From contig OZ251245.1 of the NCBI GenBank assembly GCA_965240325.2, positions 248,001-312,000 on the forward strand: DNA of 64,000 nt. The letters run 5' to 3'. Positions within the stretch are counted from its first letter, which is position 1. Each line of letters opens with the position of its first letter. The translations under genes and the position numbers were made by a program. Below are positions 32,204 to 44,106 of this stretch, one piece after another. Origin of the DNA: Rebecca billardiae RCC1528 (Eukaryota > Protista > Haptophyta). A model generated the notes under the pieces. The model searched no databases. It was not told the DNA's origin and was given only the letters and a program-made list of their open reading frames with translations.

Positions 32204-34246
32204 TTAGAGAATCTGCAGTGGCTCGTCGTCGGGCCGCCGACTTGCCGCGGCGCGCGCGGCCAGGCCGAGGGCGAGGGCGAGCGCGAGCGCGGCAGCGCTG
32301 AGGAGGAGCATGCCCGCGGCGAACGCGTGGGACGTTGTCGGCGCGCCGGCCTCCGCGCGCGAGCCCGTCGCAGCGCGCAGGCTGAACCACTCGCGCACCG
32401 ACTTGGCGTCCAAGTGATCGGACATCTCGTCGGACAGAGGGACCAAGTCCGTCTGCAGTTGCACGCACTCAATGTCAGCCGGGTGGGAGTGAGATGAGTG
32501 ACCGCGGGTGTGGCTGTCGGAGTAGCCGAGCTGGCCGTAGTCGTTGCCTGCGGCGCGGCGGCGGCGCGGCGGGCAGTGGCGGGGCGCGGCAGCGGCGGCG
32601 AGTGCGTGGGTGAGCGCGCTGCGTGCCTTGGCATGCCACTCCCCGCCTCGCAGCCGTGGGCGACTGTGCGCGCGTGCGCGCGTGCGCGCGTGCGCGCGTG
32701 CGCGCGTGTGCGTGCGCGCGTGTGCGTGCTGCGGGGATGGGCGCTCACCGCCAAAGCAGATCAGGCACGGCGGCCAGTCCGGGCCGCAGCCCTTGGAGTG
32801 CGTGCACGTCACTGCGCACGTGTGGTCGTCGCCCGCGCTCGCGGACACCAGCGTCGTCCCGCTCCCGAGGTCGACCGGCTGCAAGTGCTCCATCTCGAGC
32901 GCGCTGTTGCCGCGGCCGTGCGTGTCGCCCTGGCCGAGCTGGCCCTCCGCGTTCGCGCCCCAGCACTCGAGCATGTGCGCGTCGGTCCAGGCGCACACGT
33001 GGTGCTCGCCGGCGGAGACGCCGACCGGGCTGCCCACGTTCCGAACCAGCACCTTCCCCGTCGAGTCGAACACGTCCAGAGCGACCGGCGGAAGGTTGTA
33101 CGCTCCGAGTTCGTGCGGGCCGTCTCCGCGCGCGTGCTCGTCGCCCACTCCGAGCTGGCCCCAGTAGTTCGCGCCCCAGCAGCGGACGACGGGCTTGCCG
33201 TCGTGGTCGTCGCGCCAGCCCGTGCCCTCGCCGATCACGACCGCGCACGAGAAGAAGCGGCCCGCCGCCACCTTGACAGCCCGACCGCCGAGCGGCACAG
33301 GCGGCAGCAGAGCGACTGCCTTGTCGTCCGGTCCCTTGCGGTGGTGCGTGTCGCCCAGCCCGAGCTGGCCGTGGTCGTTGTCGCCGTAGCACACGACCTC
33401 GCCCGAGTCGGAGAGGAGGCACACGTGGTCGTGCCCCACCGAGAGGTCGCGCACGCGGAAGTTCATCGTCGGCTTCCACAGCGAGCCCACGCCGAACGAG
33501 TCGTGATGGTGGCCGTATGGATCTGCGCCGGCGCATGCGAACGCGCCGTCTTCGGAGACAAAGCACGCGCGCAGCCCGCCGACGCCGAGCTTGACGATCT
33601 TCGAGCCGCGGAACATGTAGTCGAGCGGCTTTGCGATGTGCGCGAGCTTCGGCCTCGCGCCGTACCGCGACGAGCTTGTGCGATGGCGGATGAAGTTGCC
33701 GTCTGCAGAGATGTCGCCGCCGAAGCACGTCGCTACGCCGTCGTCCGTGAGCACGCACGAGAAGAGCTCGCCGCAGCCGATGTCGACGACGCTGGACTGG
33801 AAGGAGCGTACTGTCGAGTGCTTGTGATGGTGGTGCAGCGGGTGCGTGTGCGAGCCGTAGTGGTGCGTCACGTGCTCGCCCAGCTTGCCGCCCTCGTTCG
33901 AGCCCCAGCACGCAAAGCGCTCGCCCACGCCGAGGCACGTGGAGAAGTCGCCCGTGCCGATGGCGAGGCCGGGCGTAGGGTACGCGGGAGGGACGTACTG
34001 GCAGATCTCGTCTGGCTTCTCGTTCCCCGGTACGCGGCACTCAGGCTCTGTCAGCTCGGCGAGCGAGATGCACAGCGGCGCGGTCTCAAACTCATCTGGC
34101 ATGTCGCTGTGCCGTTGCGCGCGCGCGTGCACATCGTTCTTCCACGTGCCGTTGCAGTAGATGGGTTCTCGCGCGGGCGGCGGCTCCCAGAACGCCGCGG
34201 CTGAGGCGGCGAGGAACAGCGGGGTGGCCAGCCGCACGCGCCTCAT
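32204..34246 (-). CDS. Secreted/membrane-anchored RCC1/BLIP-II beta-propeller repeat protein
   Basis: Repeated CWG.N..GQLG.GD and G..H.C units; signal peptide; C-terminal hydrophobic anchor; intron 32748-32548. Confidence 0.88.
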   Translation of the reverse strand: MRRVRLATPLFLAASAAAFWEPPPAREPIYCNGTWKNDVHARAQRHSDMPDEFETAPLCISLAELTEPECRVPGNEKPDEICQYVPPAYPTPGLAIGTGDFSTCLGVGERFACWGSNEGGKLGEHVTHHYGSHTHPLHHHHKHSTVRSFQSSVVDIGCGELFSCVLTDDGVATCFGGDISADGNFIRHRTSSSRYGARPKLAHIAKPLDYMFRGSKIVKLGVGGLRACFVSEDGAFACAGADPYGHHHDSFGVGSLWKPTMNFRVRDLSVGHDHVCLLSDSGEVVCYGDNDHGQLGLGDTHHRKGPDDKAVALLPPVPLGGRAVKVAAGRFFSCAVVIGEGTGWRDDHDGKPVVRCWGANYWGQLGVGDEHARGDGPHELGAYNLPPVALDVFDSTGKVLVRNVGSPVGVSAGEHHVCAWTDAHMLECWGANAEGQLGQGDTHGRGNSALEMEHLQPVDLGSGTTLVSASAGDDHTCAVTCTHSKGCGPDWPPCLICFGGERPSPQHAHARTHTRARAHARTRARAHSRPRLRGGEWHAKARSALTHALAAAAAPRHCPPRRRRAAGNDYGQLGYSDSHTRGHSSHSHPADIECVQLQTDLVPLSDEMSDHLDAKSVREWFSLRAATGSRAEAGAPTTSHAFAAGMLLLSAAALALALALGLAARAAASRRPDDEPLQIL

Positions 34247-34469
34247 GCCTCGTGGCACCGGTCAAAGGTGAGCAGCCGGCAGGGCCTGCTCGGCTTGCAG
34301 GCTGCAAAATGTCGCGCCCGGCGGCGACAAGCGACGACGGTTTCGGGCGGAGCAAACAGACTTTCGATCGGCGGGATGCAATCTCCCGTAACGAAAAGTT
34401 TTATTGGCGACGATCCCGCGACGAGCCAATGGCGATCCCACGGGATCCCGAGGCCCCCCGGACCCAACG

Positions 34470-36003
34470 ATGAAGGCCACGATGCCCTCCGCCGCGCTGA
34501 TCGCGCAGGACTGCGCGTACGTGGACGAGCTCGTGACGCTCGTGCCCCCGCACCTGTACTTCCCGCCGGACGAGGAGAAGCTGCAGAGCCGCTACCTCAA
34601 GCACTCGAAGCACGAGCTCCCGACGCTCTCCGAGCTCAAGGCGCGGCGTGCCGAGGCCAAGCGTGCGCGGCTGGACCCGGCGCGCAACGCGACGACCGTG
34701 CTCGACATACAGCGCGAGGCGAAGGCGAAGGCCAACGCCGCGCGGAGCGCGCTCGCACACGCTGACACCTCGGAGGAACAGGATGAGGAGGAGTCGGGTG
34801 ACGACGACGACGACGACGACGAGGAGGAGGAGGACGAGGACGAGGACGACGAGGACGACGAGGACGACGAGGCTGGGGCACGCGGGCAGCACGGCATGGG
34901 TGCGGCTGACGCTGCCGAGGCAGAGGGGCTGTCGCTCAAGGAGCGGATGGCACGCCGGCTCGGGGAGCTCCGCAGGCAACGCGGCGCCGACGCCGAGGAG
35001 TCCGACGAGACGCGCGAGCGCAAGCGGCAGAAGCGCGCGGCGGCGCGCGAGCGCGACGCCTCCAAGGCGGAGGGTGCCAAGGCGAAAGCTGCCAAGCGCA
35101 GGGCGAAGCAGCTCAAGGCGGCGGAGAAGGCCGAATCGGTCGAGCGCAAGGCGCGCGGCCGGGCGCAGGCGGCCGACGCCGCGCGGGGCGGGCCCGGCGC
35201 GGCCGGAGACGACGTCGAGTACGCACAGATCAAGGTACCCGAGAAGAAGAAAATCGACACTCGAATCTTCACCGAGCCGGCGCGCGCGCGCGCCAAGCCG
35301 TCACCCAAGCAGCTGCTGGCGCAGGCGAAGGTACGTCCGCGCGCGCGCGCGACGCACGTGCGCGGCGCGCCCGCACCCACGCGCCGACCGCGCGCGCGCG
35401 CGCGCCCGCCCGCCCCATCGTCACGTGCGCACCGCACCGCAGGCCGCCAAGCAGCGCGCGGCACCGCAGGGCGGGGGAGGCAGCGGTGCGCGCGGCGGCG
35501 CGCAGGCACGCGACGGCGCGAAGGTCGTCGAGGACGACGCGGCCTGGCGGAAGGCGATCGAGGCGGCGGGCGGCGTGAAGCACTACGACGACGAGCGGCT
35601 GCTCAAGCGCACGGTCAAGCGCGACGAGGCCAAGAAGCGCAAGTCGGCCAAGGCGTGGGCCGAGAGGCAAGAGTCGGTTGCCGCCTCCAAGTCAGAGCAG
35701 CAGCAGAAGCGCAAGCTGAACATCCTCGCGCGCAAGCGCCAGCGCGCCGGCCTGCCGCCGCCGGCCGCGCTCGCCGAGAAGGCCGCTGCGGGCGCCGGCG
35801 CGGATGAGGCCGAGGCAACAGCCGGCCAGTACACGCGCAAGGAGCGCACCGCGTTCGCCAAGCGCATCGCCAAGCAGGCAAAGGCGGCGGAGGGCGGCGC
35901 CGCGGCGGCAAAGCCGGGCAAGGGCGGCGCGGGCCGCGCTGCGGCGGACCGCAAGCCTGCTGGGCGGGCCACGGCAAAGCGCGCAGAGCCTGCTCGCCGC
36001 TAG
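34470..36003 (+). CDS. SURF6/Rrp14-like nucleolar ribosome-biogenesis protein
   Basis: N-terminal DELVTLVPPHLY; C-terminal W..A...A.GVK.YDDERLLKRTVKR...K.KSAK.W.ER...Q.KR..NI..R; intron 35331-35442. Confidence 0.85.
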
Positions 36004-38185
36004 CCGTGCCAGCGCCCGCCGGGAAACGTGCCAGGCAGCAAGCGGGGGACGCAGGTGCGCTGCGGCTGTGAACTGTGATCGACTGATGGGCCCTTGCAGT
36101 GCTCAGCATCAACCATTGCGGCGGAATCGATCGTCTGCTACTCTGCTACTGCATGATATGTCGTCTGCTGCTCATCTGCTGACAATACTCCGGTTGCCAC
36201 TCGGATGGCGTACGTTCGTACTAGGGCGCTGAGCTGTAGCGAACGGTGTTGCCAAGGCATGCTGCTTAGCCTTGCCATGGTGCTTCGCCATGACACAGGG
36301 GTCACTCGCAGCGCACGGCGGTGTGACGATCGCCGCGCCGCGGCGGCAAACCGCAGTTGCGGGCGCGCTGCGAGCTGCAAGCACTCTGCCTTGGCTGCGT
36401 CGCGCCCGTGTCAGTTGTTGAACCAGGATTGTTGAACAACCGATGGGCTGCAAACGATACCAGCTACACTCGCTCCGCCGCCACTTCCTTGTCGAGCGTG
36501 AGATGCTTCCGTTGCGTGCGCTCGCATGCAGCTTGCCGCCTGCATTTGAACGTGGTCACGGCAGGTTGGTGGGCTGGTTGCTCAGGCCTCCTCGGCGTAG
36601 ATGACGACAGGGTGCGTGCCACGCGCACCCATGACGCGGGAAAGGCGTGCACACGCGTCCTCGCGCATCTGGCAGGCTGCAGTCTTGGCCAAGATGATGC
36701 CAGAACAAGCCTGCCAGTGCCTCGCCGCGCGGGCGCGAGCGCGCAGAGAGATCTGGCTTCTGACCCGTGCTCTTCAGTGTACCTCGTGTGCGACGACGAC
36801 GAGGCGGACGAGCGCCGCAACTGGATTCCTGCACTCACCGGTCACCGAGGAGTGCAGGAATCGCATTCCTCGCGCACGCCGGGGCCGCCATCGGCCGTGA
36901 GAGGTACACTGAACGGGGCGTGACACCGATTCCCACTGGCGGGCACGGGTTTGTCGCCGTGACATAGTAAATGGAATCTGGTAGAAATAAAACAGGCCCG
37001 TATCATATTCTCATAGTTACCGCCCGTGCGCGGCCGGGCGTCACCGTGCAGTGAGTCTGCTGACTCTCGGAGTCTGCTGACAATCGGTCCGTGCTGCTGC
37101 GATCCAGTAGTACGGGCAGCAGCAGGCGGTGAGTAGGCTGTGAGTCGGACGGCGGGAGCGCGCGGGTACCGTGCCGGCCACGCCGGCGGCCCGGGCCGGC
37201 CGCGGGCCGGCCGCGGCCGCCGTTACCGCACTGAGTGACGACACTACTGTCTCGGACGACATCTACTCATTGTCCGGCGGACGCATTAGCGGGGGAGCGG
37301 GGCATTAATGCGCCGCGCACGGTCTATCTAGTTATTATACAGCAGGCGCCGCGCCGCTATTCGGTCCGATTATTTGCATGCAGCATACTTCCGAGTCAGC
37401 TGAGTCGTCAGCAGACTATACGTATAGATATAGACTCACGGTCGTACTGAGTACGTATAGCTTATCTGCCTGAGCTAACTAAGCAGGCGGCTACCGTATA
37501 GAATAGGCTTATATTACAAACAGCTGAGGCTACGAGTACGGGCCAAGTGGCGCAGGGCGCGGGCCCCCGCCGGGAGTCAGCCGTGATTCAGACAGTGTCG
37601 ATCAGTCAGACTCAGAGTTGGACGCCAGCTGGCGGCTGTCATTCATCATCAGTCTGTTCAGACGGCCGCAGACTCTTTCTCGGACGATCGACTGAGGAGT
37701 TCATGCGCACGCGACTGACGCGCACACTGCGCGCGTTACGATACTCGCTCGGTACTCTTCGTCCGACTGAGACCGACTCCGTGAGACCGAGGCGGCCACC
37801 GACCCGCGCAGTCAGCGCAGTGCGCGCGGACCGGCGCCGGTGTGAGTGTCCGCCCGGGCCGCCTCGGAGTCGGGGGCTCGGGCTCGGGGGCGCTCGGCCG
37901 CCTCGGGCCGAGTCCGCCGCGGCGCGTCCCGGGGGGTCAGACTCAGCGGTCCAGGAGCCAGGCAGCGGGACGACGACTCAGGAGTCAGGGGTGATGAGTG
38001 CTGCCAGGGAGCAGCTCGTCATATCCGATATCGTCATCACTTATCACTATCAGACGAGTGGCGGTCGCCTGTGCGCATCCGGGTGGATGCTCCGAATGAC
38101 TGACCGCTGCGCATCATGGCTGACCGAGTGCGTGAACTCGGGGAGCCCGAACGGTGCCGCCGCTGACGACGAGGCACACGCTGCG

Positions 38186-39055
38186 CTAGAGCAGATGCTC
38201 CTCGCACAGCTTGAGCAGTTCTTTTGCCATCATCGCGCCCTCCCCGCGGCACACCTCGCGCCCGCCTCTGAAGCCAATCACCGTGGGCAGCCCCTGCACC
38301 CGCAGGGCGCTCGAGAGCTCGGGCGCCTTGTCCGTGTCGAGCTTCACGACGCGCACGCGCCCGCGGAGCTGGCTCGCCACCTCGTCGAGCTGCGGCGCCA
38401 TCAGCTGGCACGGCCCGCACCACTTGGCGTACACGTCGAGCAGCACCGGACTTGACGCATCCGCCAGCTCAGCCTTCACCGCCGCCTCGGGCAACTCCGC
38501 GACGCGGCCGAGGGGCACGGCGCCGGAGGCGCAGAAGGCGCGCTCGGCGGCGACCGCCTCCGCGAGGCGGCCGACGAGCTCGCTCTTCTCGTACAGGTCC
38601 GCCCAGCCTATGCCCCTGTCGGCGAGCTCCTGCCGCAGCTCGCCCACCTTCAGCGCCGACAGCTCGGCGCGCACAGCCTCGGCGCTCGGCGCACTCGGCG
38701 CACTGGGCGGCGGCGCGGCGGCAGGTGGAGGTGGCGGGGGCGGGGGAGCGGGGCGCGCGCGCAGGGATACCACCGCGTTCACAAGGTCGCCCTTCTCAAA
38801 GCACGAGGCAGCGACGTCTGCGCGGCCCGCAGCCTCGAGCTCGGCCCGAAGTTGCTTGATCGACATTGCACTCGGCTCATCCGCATCGGCCATCATGCGC
38901 ACGGCGCGCCGAGCAGTCAGCCGCGTGGTCGCCCGCGGCATCCCGCACGGACAGGTTCGAATACGGAGTGTGGCATGCGCCGCCGCGTCGACCCCAAGCG
39001 CGGCCAGGGCCACAAGGAGGGCATAGCAGCCGCACCGCCACGTCGTCGCCGCCAT
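38186..39055 (-). CDS. Thioredoxin (WCGPC) with two SAP-like helical repeats and a targeting peptide
   Basis: LDVYAKWCGPCQLMAP...VQGLPT; upstream repeats MSIKQLRAEL..CFEKGDLV and LKVGELRQEL..LYEKSELV. Confidence 0.88.
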   Translation of the reverse strand: MAATTWRCGCYALLVALAALGVDAAAHATLRIRTCPCGMPRATTRLTARRAVRMMADADEPSAMSIKQLRAELEAAGRADVAASCFEKGDLVNAVVSLRARPAPPPPPPPPAAAPPPSAPSAPSAEAVRAELSALKVGELRQELADRGIGWADLYEKSELVGRLAEAVAAERAFCASGAVPLGRVAELPEAAVKAELADASSPVLLDVYAKWCGPCQLMAPQLDEVASQLRGRVRVVKLDTDKAPELSSALRVQGLPTVIGFRGGREVCRGEGAMMAKELLKLCEEHLL

Positions 39056-39239
39056 CGCTGCCGACTGCCAGCCCACCGCGCTCTGACCAACGACCGCTGT
39101 TTGGGGCTTTGGCCTTTGGGCCTGTGGCGCTGGCCTTATCATTTTTAAATCTGAATTTAATGCTGCCCAGCGCTGACCAGCCTTTGCGACGATGCATCAC
39201 GGATTCGCGCGCTGTGACATATGACACGTGACGCTAAGC

Positions 39240-40425
39240 CTACTTCTTCTTCGGCTTGGGCGGCGCCTTGCCCTTCGCCCCGCCCCGCACGGGCGCGTCG
39301 GTCGCCCGCAGCGCCGGGTTGTCGAAGGTGAGCACGAGCGCGTCGTTGTGCAGCACGCGGTATGCCGAGAGCGGCGCGTCGTCGACCATCAGCTCGCCGT
39401 TGTACGAGAGGGTCTGCGCCTTGGGCGGGAGCTCGAGCTTCACGGCGTCGTCGAGGCCGATCTGCGCCTGCTGCCCCGACGCGGCGCGCGACACGCGGTA
39501 CTTGTCCTTCTTGTCGCCGCCGAGGCCCTCGAGGACGAACTCCTCGGCGCGCGCCATGCTGGTGGTGAGGTTCTTCTCGTCGTACGGTTTCGTCACCTTG
39601 CACAGGAGCGTCGCGCCCTCGACGCGCTTGGCGGTGCCGTCGGCGGCGTGCCACGTGTGCACGCCCTTGCGCACGTACGCCTCGATGTCCTCCTTCAGCT
39701 CGCGCACCAGCATCCCCGCGTGCACGGGCACGTGGCGCGTGCACAGGTGCGGGCTGACCAGCCGGATGCGCGTGAGGGGGGCGGAGCGGTCCGGGTCGAC
39801 GTATCGGATGATGGCGTCGAGCTCCGAGTCGGTGCGCAGGCCGGACTCGCCGAGCCGCTTGTGCGGCGCGAGCTCGTGGCCCCAGTGTGAGAGGAAGATG
39901 CCGCGCCACGGCGGCAGCATCAGCCGCGTGTGCAGCTCGTGCGCGACGTCTGCGACCGACGCGGTCTCGGGGAGATCGCGCATCACGTGCCTGCCGTGGC
40001 AGAGCGTGCGCACGACGAGCTTGCGCGGCGCGAAGGAGGGGAGCGGGCTGGTCTCGTACACCGCCTTGAACGACGTGCCCGTCGACGTCCACCCCTCCGG
40101 GTTGATGGCCGAGATGAGCCGAGGCGACGCGATCGTCTGCGGCTCGACGACCGGCTGAATCTTTGTGCGCAGCTCAGGGACTGCTGGGGCGGCGGCGGCG
40201 GCGGCGGGTTTGCCCTTGGCCTTGCCGCCGTCGCCCGCCTTCCCTTTCGACGTGGCGCCCGCCAGGGCTGCTGCGCTCTCCGCCCCCACTCGACGGGGGG
40301 CGCACAGGGCCCGCACGCGGAGATGCCTCCGTCTGGAAGTCCACGATGGCGCCGCTTGCGTCAAAGCGCTGTAACAGGCCGAAGCCAAGGCTTGTAACGT
40401 GCTTTTTCGATTCGTTTCTACTCAT
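39240..40425 (-). CDS. Protein with two ubiquitin-like domains (5' end uncertain)
   Basis: UBL-like segments KLVVRTLCHG...HWGHELAPHKRLGESGL and RIRLV...QTLSYNGELMVDDAPLSAYRV. There is no in-frame ATG, so a short 5' exon (ATG 40425) is presumed. Confidence 0.6.
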
Positions 40426-40841
40426 ATCTGCCAGTAAGTAATCACGTACATTTGCCGCTGCTTGCTCAGCGGCTGAGAAATGCCTGTCATGAGATATGAT
40501 AGTGAGATCTCATTCATGTCCGAGATTACCGGCGTACCTGTATCCAGAGCGATGAACCACTACACTATTATTCAGAGCAAAACCCCTGACGATACTCTCC
40601 ACGATACGCCTTCGTCCGAGTTCAGTTTACCTTACCGTTTAATATCAATTCATACAATTCGTTATCATCAACCGCGGTTGCACCAGTGCCAAAGCGCCTG
40701 AAAGCGGCGGCCCTCGCCGTCGGATCGGAATCTTGAGCGCCGCCTCGAGCTCGCGCGCGATTCTCGTCGTCAACGCAAAGCCCCACAAGACGAGGCGCGG
40801 ACACGACGCGCGGGCGGGCACGCCGACCTCCGACAACACCA

Positions 40842-42149
40842 ATGGCATACTCGCATGGGATGAAGTCCCCGACTCCAGCGAGCAGTATTGGCCAGCTCAT
40901 TCACGACGTTGACGCGCGCACAACCGAGCATCTCCTCGTCAGCCTCGCGGACATCGTCAACCACGTGGACGTGCGCGTGCACAAGACGAGCGCGAGTATG
41001 GAGCGCGCGGAGGCGCGGTTGATTCGGCTTGCGTCCGAGTCGAGCGTCGTCGATGGCCGCGACATCACATTCGTAAACTGGCTCGGAGACGGCGGCTTCG
41101 CAACTGTCGGCCTGCACGAGCTCACCCCCGCCGCGCGCGCGCGGCTCAAGAGCCACGCGCTCGTGCGTGGCACCGCGGAGGATGAGCCCGTGCGCGTCGC
41201 GGTCAAGTTCTTCAAGACCAAGGTGTTCTCGGCGCCGAACGCGTTGACGAACGAGCGCCAGGTGGCACCCATGCCGCCCGCTGAGCGCATCAACTTCCTC
41301 ACCGAGGCCGTCGTCCTGCGCGCGATGAGCCACCAACACGTCGTCGCGTTCCTGGGCTGCTATCTGCAGCCCTCTCCGGACGGGGACGGCACGCAGATCG
41401 CGCTGGTGCAGGAGTACTGCGACGGGGGCACGCTCGGGGAGCGCATGGAGCGGGGCGGTTACACGCCCGCGCAGGCGCTGCAGTGGCTGATCGACATCGC
41501 CGACGGCCTCGCGTACGCGCACGGCGTGGGCGACGCGCACATGGCACACCGCGACCTCAAACCTGAGAATGTGATGATGGTGGCGGGCGGGGAGCGCGCC
41601 AAGGTGATCGACTTCTCGCTCGTACGGCTGTGTGCGCCGCCGCCGAAGGCGCAGCGCAGACGCAGCGCCGCGGCGAGCGCCACGCCGCCCGCCTTTGGCG
41701 TGCACGCCAAGCCGCCAGCGCATGTCTATCACACGCGCGTCGACGGCAAGCCCGCCGCAACCGGGCGTACAGGCAGCTTGCGCTACATGGCCCCTGAGGT
41801 GTACCGGAGCGAGGAGTACTCGAGGCGCGTGGACGTCTTCGCGTACGGCGTGATGGCGTGGGAGGTGCTCGCAGGCAGGCGCGCGTACACGCAGATGTAC
41901 CTCTCGCCCGAGCAGCTGGCGGAGCAGGTCGCGGAGGCGCAGCTGCGGCCGACGCTGCCGCCCGCCTGGCCGGCCGTGCTGCGCGAGCTGCTGGCACGCT
42001 GCTGGCACGAAGTCCCCGCGTCCCGGCCAGAGTTCGCCGAGGTGTCCGAGGCGCTTCGCGCCCTGCTCCGCGACGCGCACGCAAATCCCAGCACGCTCGA
42101 CGGGATCCGCGTCGGGAGAGGGAGCGCGGGCTGCTGCATGCTGAGCTGA
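40842..42149 (+). CDS. TKL-group Ser/Thr/Tyr protein kinase
   Basis: GDGGFATV, VAVK, HRDLKPEN, DFS, TGSLRYMAPE and DVFAYG motifs. Confidence 0.93.
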   Translation: MAYSHGMKSPTPASSIGQLIHDVDARTTEHLLVSLADIVNHVDVRVHKTSASMERAEARLIRLASESSVVDGRDITFVNWLGDGGFATVGLHELTPAARARLKSHALVRGTAEDEPVRVAVKFFKTKVFSAPNALTNERQVAPMPPAERINFLTEAVVLRAMSHQHVVAFLGCYLQPSPDGDGTQIALVQEYCDGGTLGERMERGGYTPAQALQWLIDIADGLAYAHGVGDAHMAHRDLKPENVMMVAGGERAKVIDFSLVRLCAPPPKAQRRRSAAASATPPAFGVHAKPPAHVYHTRVDGKPAATGRTGSLRYMAPEVYRSEEYSRRVDVFAYGVMAWEVLAGRRAYTQMYLSPEQLAEQVAEAQLRPTLPPAWPAVLRELLARCWHEVPASRPEFAEVSEALRALLRDAHANPSTLDGIRVGRGSAGCCMLS

Positions 42150-43125
42150 TCAGATCGACTTGTGCCAGTTGTGGTGCCAAGGCGGAAGGGGACTGGCGGG
42201 ATTCGGACCGGGTCCGGTGTGTGGACGACTACTGTCTACTGCGCGCGCTGCTATATGTATTAGCAGACTTGATGATAATCCGATCGCCGCGGGAGTCCAC
42301 TATATCAGTCCCGGAGGCTCGGCCTCCAGGAGCCGAGCACGGGCCACGTTACCACGTACGGCATTCTTGGTACCGCCGCGTACCGCGGACACCGGACATC
42401 TAACTAGTAACTCTGTGACGATACAGACAGTGATGATATACGGCCGCATCACTCAACCGGACTGACCGGACGGCGGACACTATCTCGCCTGAGGCTGAGT
42501 CTGACTGACGATGACTGGCAGTCTCGGCCGGGCCCGCTGCGCGCCATCCGAATCATCAGTGCCCAGACGCCAAGCTATACTCACTAGTCGCTACCGCCAC
42601 GGCGCCAGGCTCGTATGTCAGACGTATGATTATTCGTAATCGAGTACTCAGCCCTCCGGTCTCCGGATCCGCGAGTCGGCCCCCGGTCACGGTGGCCTGG
42701 CCCTGTGCCGCCGCAGGCCGGCAAGTGCCGCATGGCGCCGGCGGCCGGGCGGCCGGCCGTGCTGGCGCCCTGCTCCCGAGTCCCGACTCCGAGGGCCGAC
42801 GAGGGCTGCTGCCTGCGGCTGCTGGTCCGCGGGCTGCCGTTGATCGTGGACGATCCTGAGCCGTCGATCTGCCATCAATCATCATCCGATTCTTTAGCCT
42901 GCAAGACCGATTATAACAATATAGACTCTGTAGTGAGCGCGAATCCGGAAGGCGGCGCATACCGGATCCACCGTTTGCCGGCCCTGCAAGCTGACGAGCT
43001 GCAGCTGCAACATGCCAAGAGCTGCGAATGTGACATGCCAAACCGCTTAGTACATCTGACACCATCCAGTGGCATGACCGCTCGCTGCCATCCAAGCGTC
43101 GGGCTCGGGGCGCAGAGGGTGCGGA

Positions 43126-43590
43126 TCAGCCCGCCCTAGGGGTCGCGACGAACGTGCGATAGGCGTTTGCATCAGCAGCGACCATGCCAGACAAGCGTGC
43201 CGGAGCATCGAGCGCCGCGAACGCGCGCGTGGTGGCCGTGCGCACAGTTGCGCTGCCGGCGGCCAGCCGATCGGCATCCTCCTGCCGCCAGCGCATGCTC
43301 AGCCGATCGACTTGCGAGCGCAGCTCCGCGACGTTCGCCTTGAGCTCGGCGATCTCGATACTGTGCGAGCGCAGTGTGCGAGCGTCAGCTGCGCCCCAAT
43401 GCGCCGGCCTCCACGAGCCATGCGCTGATGCGCCCGACTGCAAGGACAGGTCGACAAGATTCATCGTGTAGGTCAGCGCGGCCGAAGTGTCCCTCGAGCG
43501 CACAATGTCCGTCGAGCGCATGTCAGCCCCGGTGATGTACATGGTGTAGCGTAAGCACGCATCCACATCGCCCGCCGTGAGTGAAACCAT
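43126..43590 (-). CDS. Hypothetical protein or gene remnant with a short coiled coil
   Basis: ORF containing IEIAELKANVAELRSQVDRL; no recognised domain. Confidence 0.25.
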   Translation of the reverse strand: MVSLTAGDVDACLRYTMYITGADMRSTDIVRSRDTSAALTYTMNLVDLSLQSGASAHGSWRPAHWGAADARTLRSHSIEIAELKANVAELRSQVDRLSMRWRQEDADRLAAGSATVRTATTRAFAALDAPARLSGMVAADANAYRTFVATPRAG

Positions 43591-44106
43591 GCCGACCACG
43601 GAGCCGCGCCAGGGGCGGGGGCGCGCCGGCGCGACAGGACGGCGAGTGGACGTGAAGGTCCGTGGACTTCCTGGGATCGACGGTTTCATGTGAGAAGACG
43701 ACATACATGTGTATCATACAAACGCAGTACGCACGATGGCCGCCGGCCGGCGCGCCCGGGTTCAGAGGGCAGTCATCGCTCTTTCGAGGCTTCGAAGCCG
43801 ACACGTCGGTGTCGGACGACTGCAACAGCGACGCCTTCCGACGATGATCGTCAATCTGTGCCTGGCACCCGCCCACACCGCGCTCCCATCAGAAGCGCCC
43901 TGACCCACCCGCCTCGCCCGACTCCAATAAATATGTGCACGCAGCGTAAGCTGGCTCGCGCAGCACGACGCCCCCCGCGCGGCGGCTCCCGCGCGGGCAG
44001 TGATCGGCTCTGCCGCGCGTTGGCGTCCGTCACCATAGCCGCTTCCGCGTCAGATCGTCCGTCCTCGCGGCAGCCCAAAGCGCTCAGTCACAGCCGGCTC
44101 GGCCGC

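Noticed and set aside
36200-36920. Coding-looking fragments downstream of SURF6
   Set aside because: No recognisable domain or consistent frame; possibly a relic, but I cannot support it.
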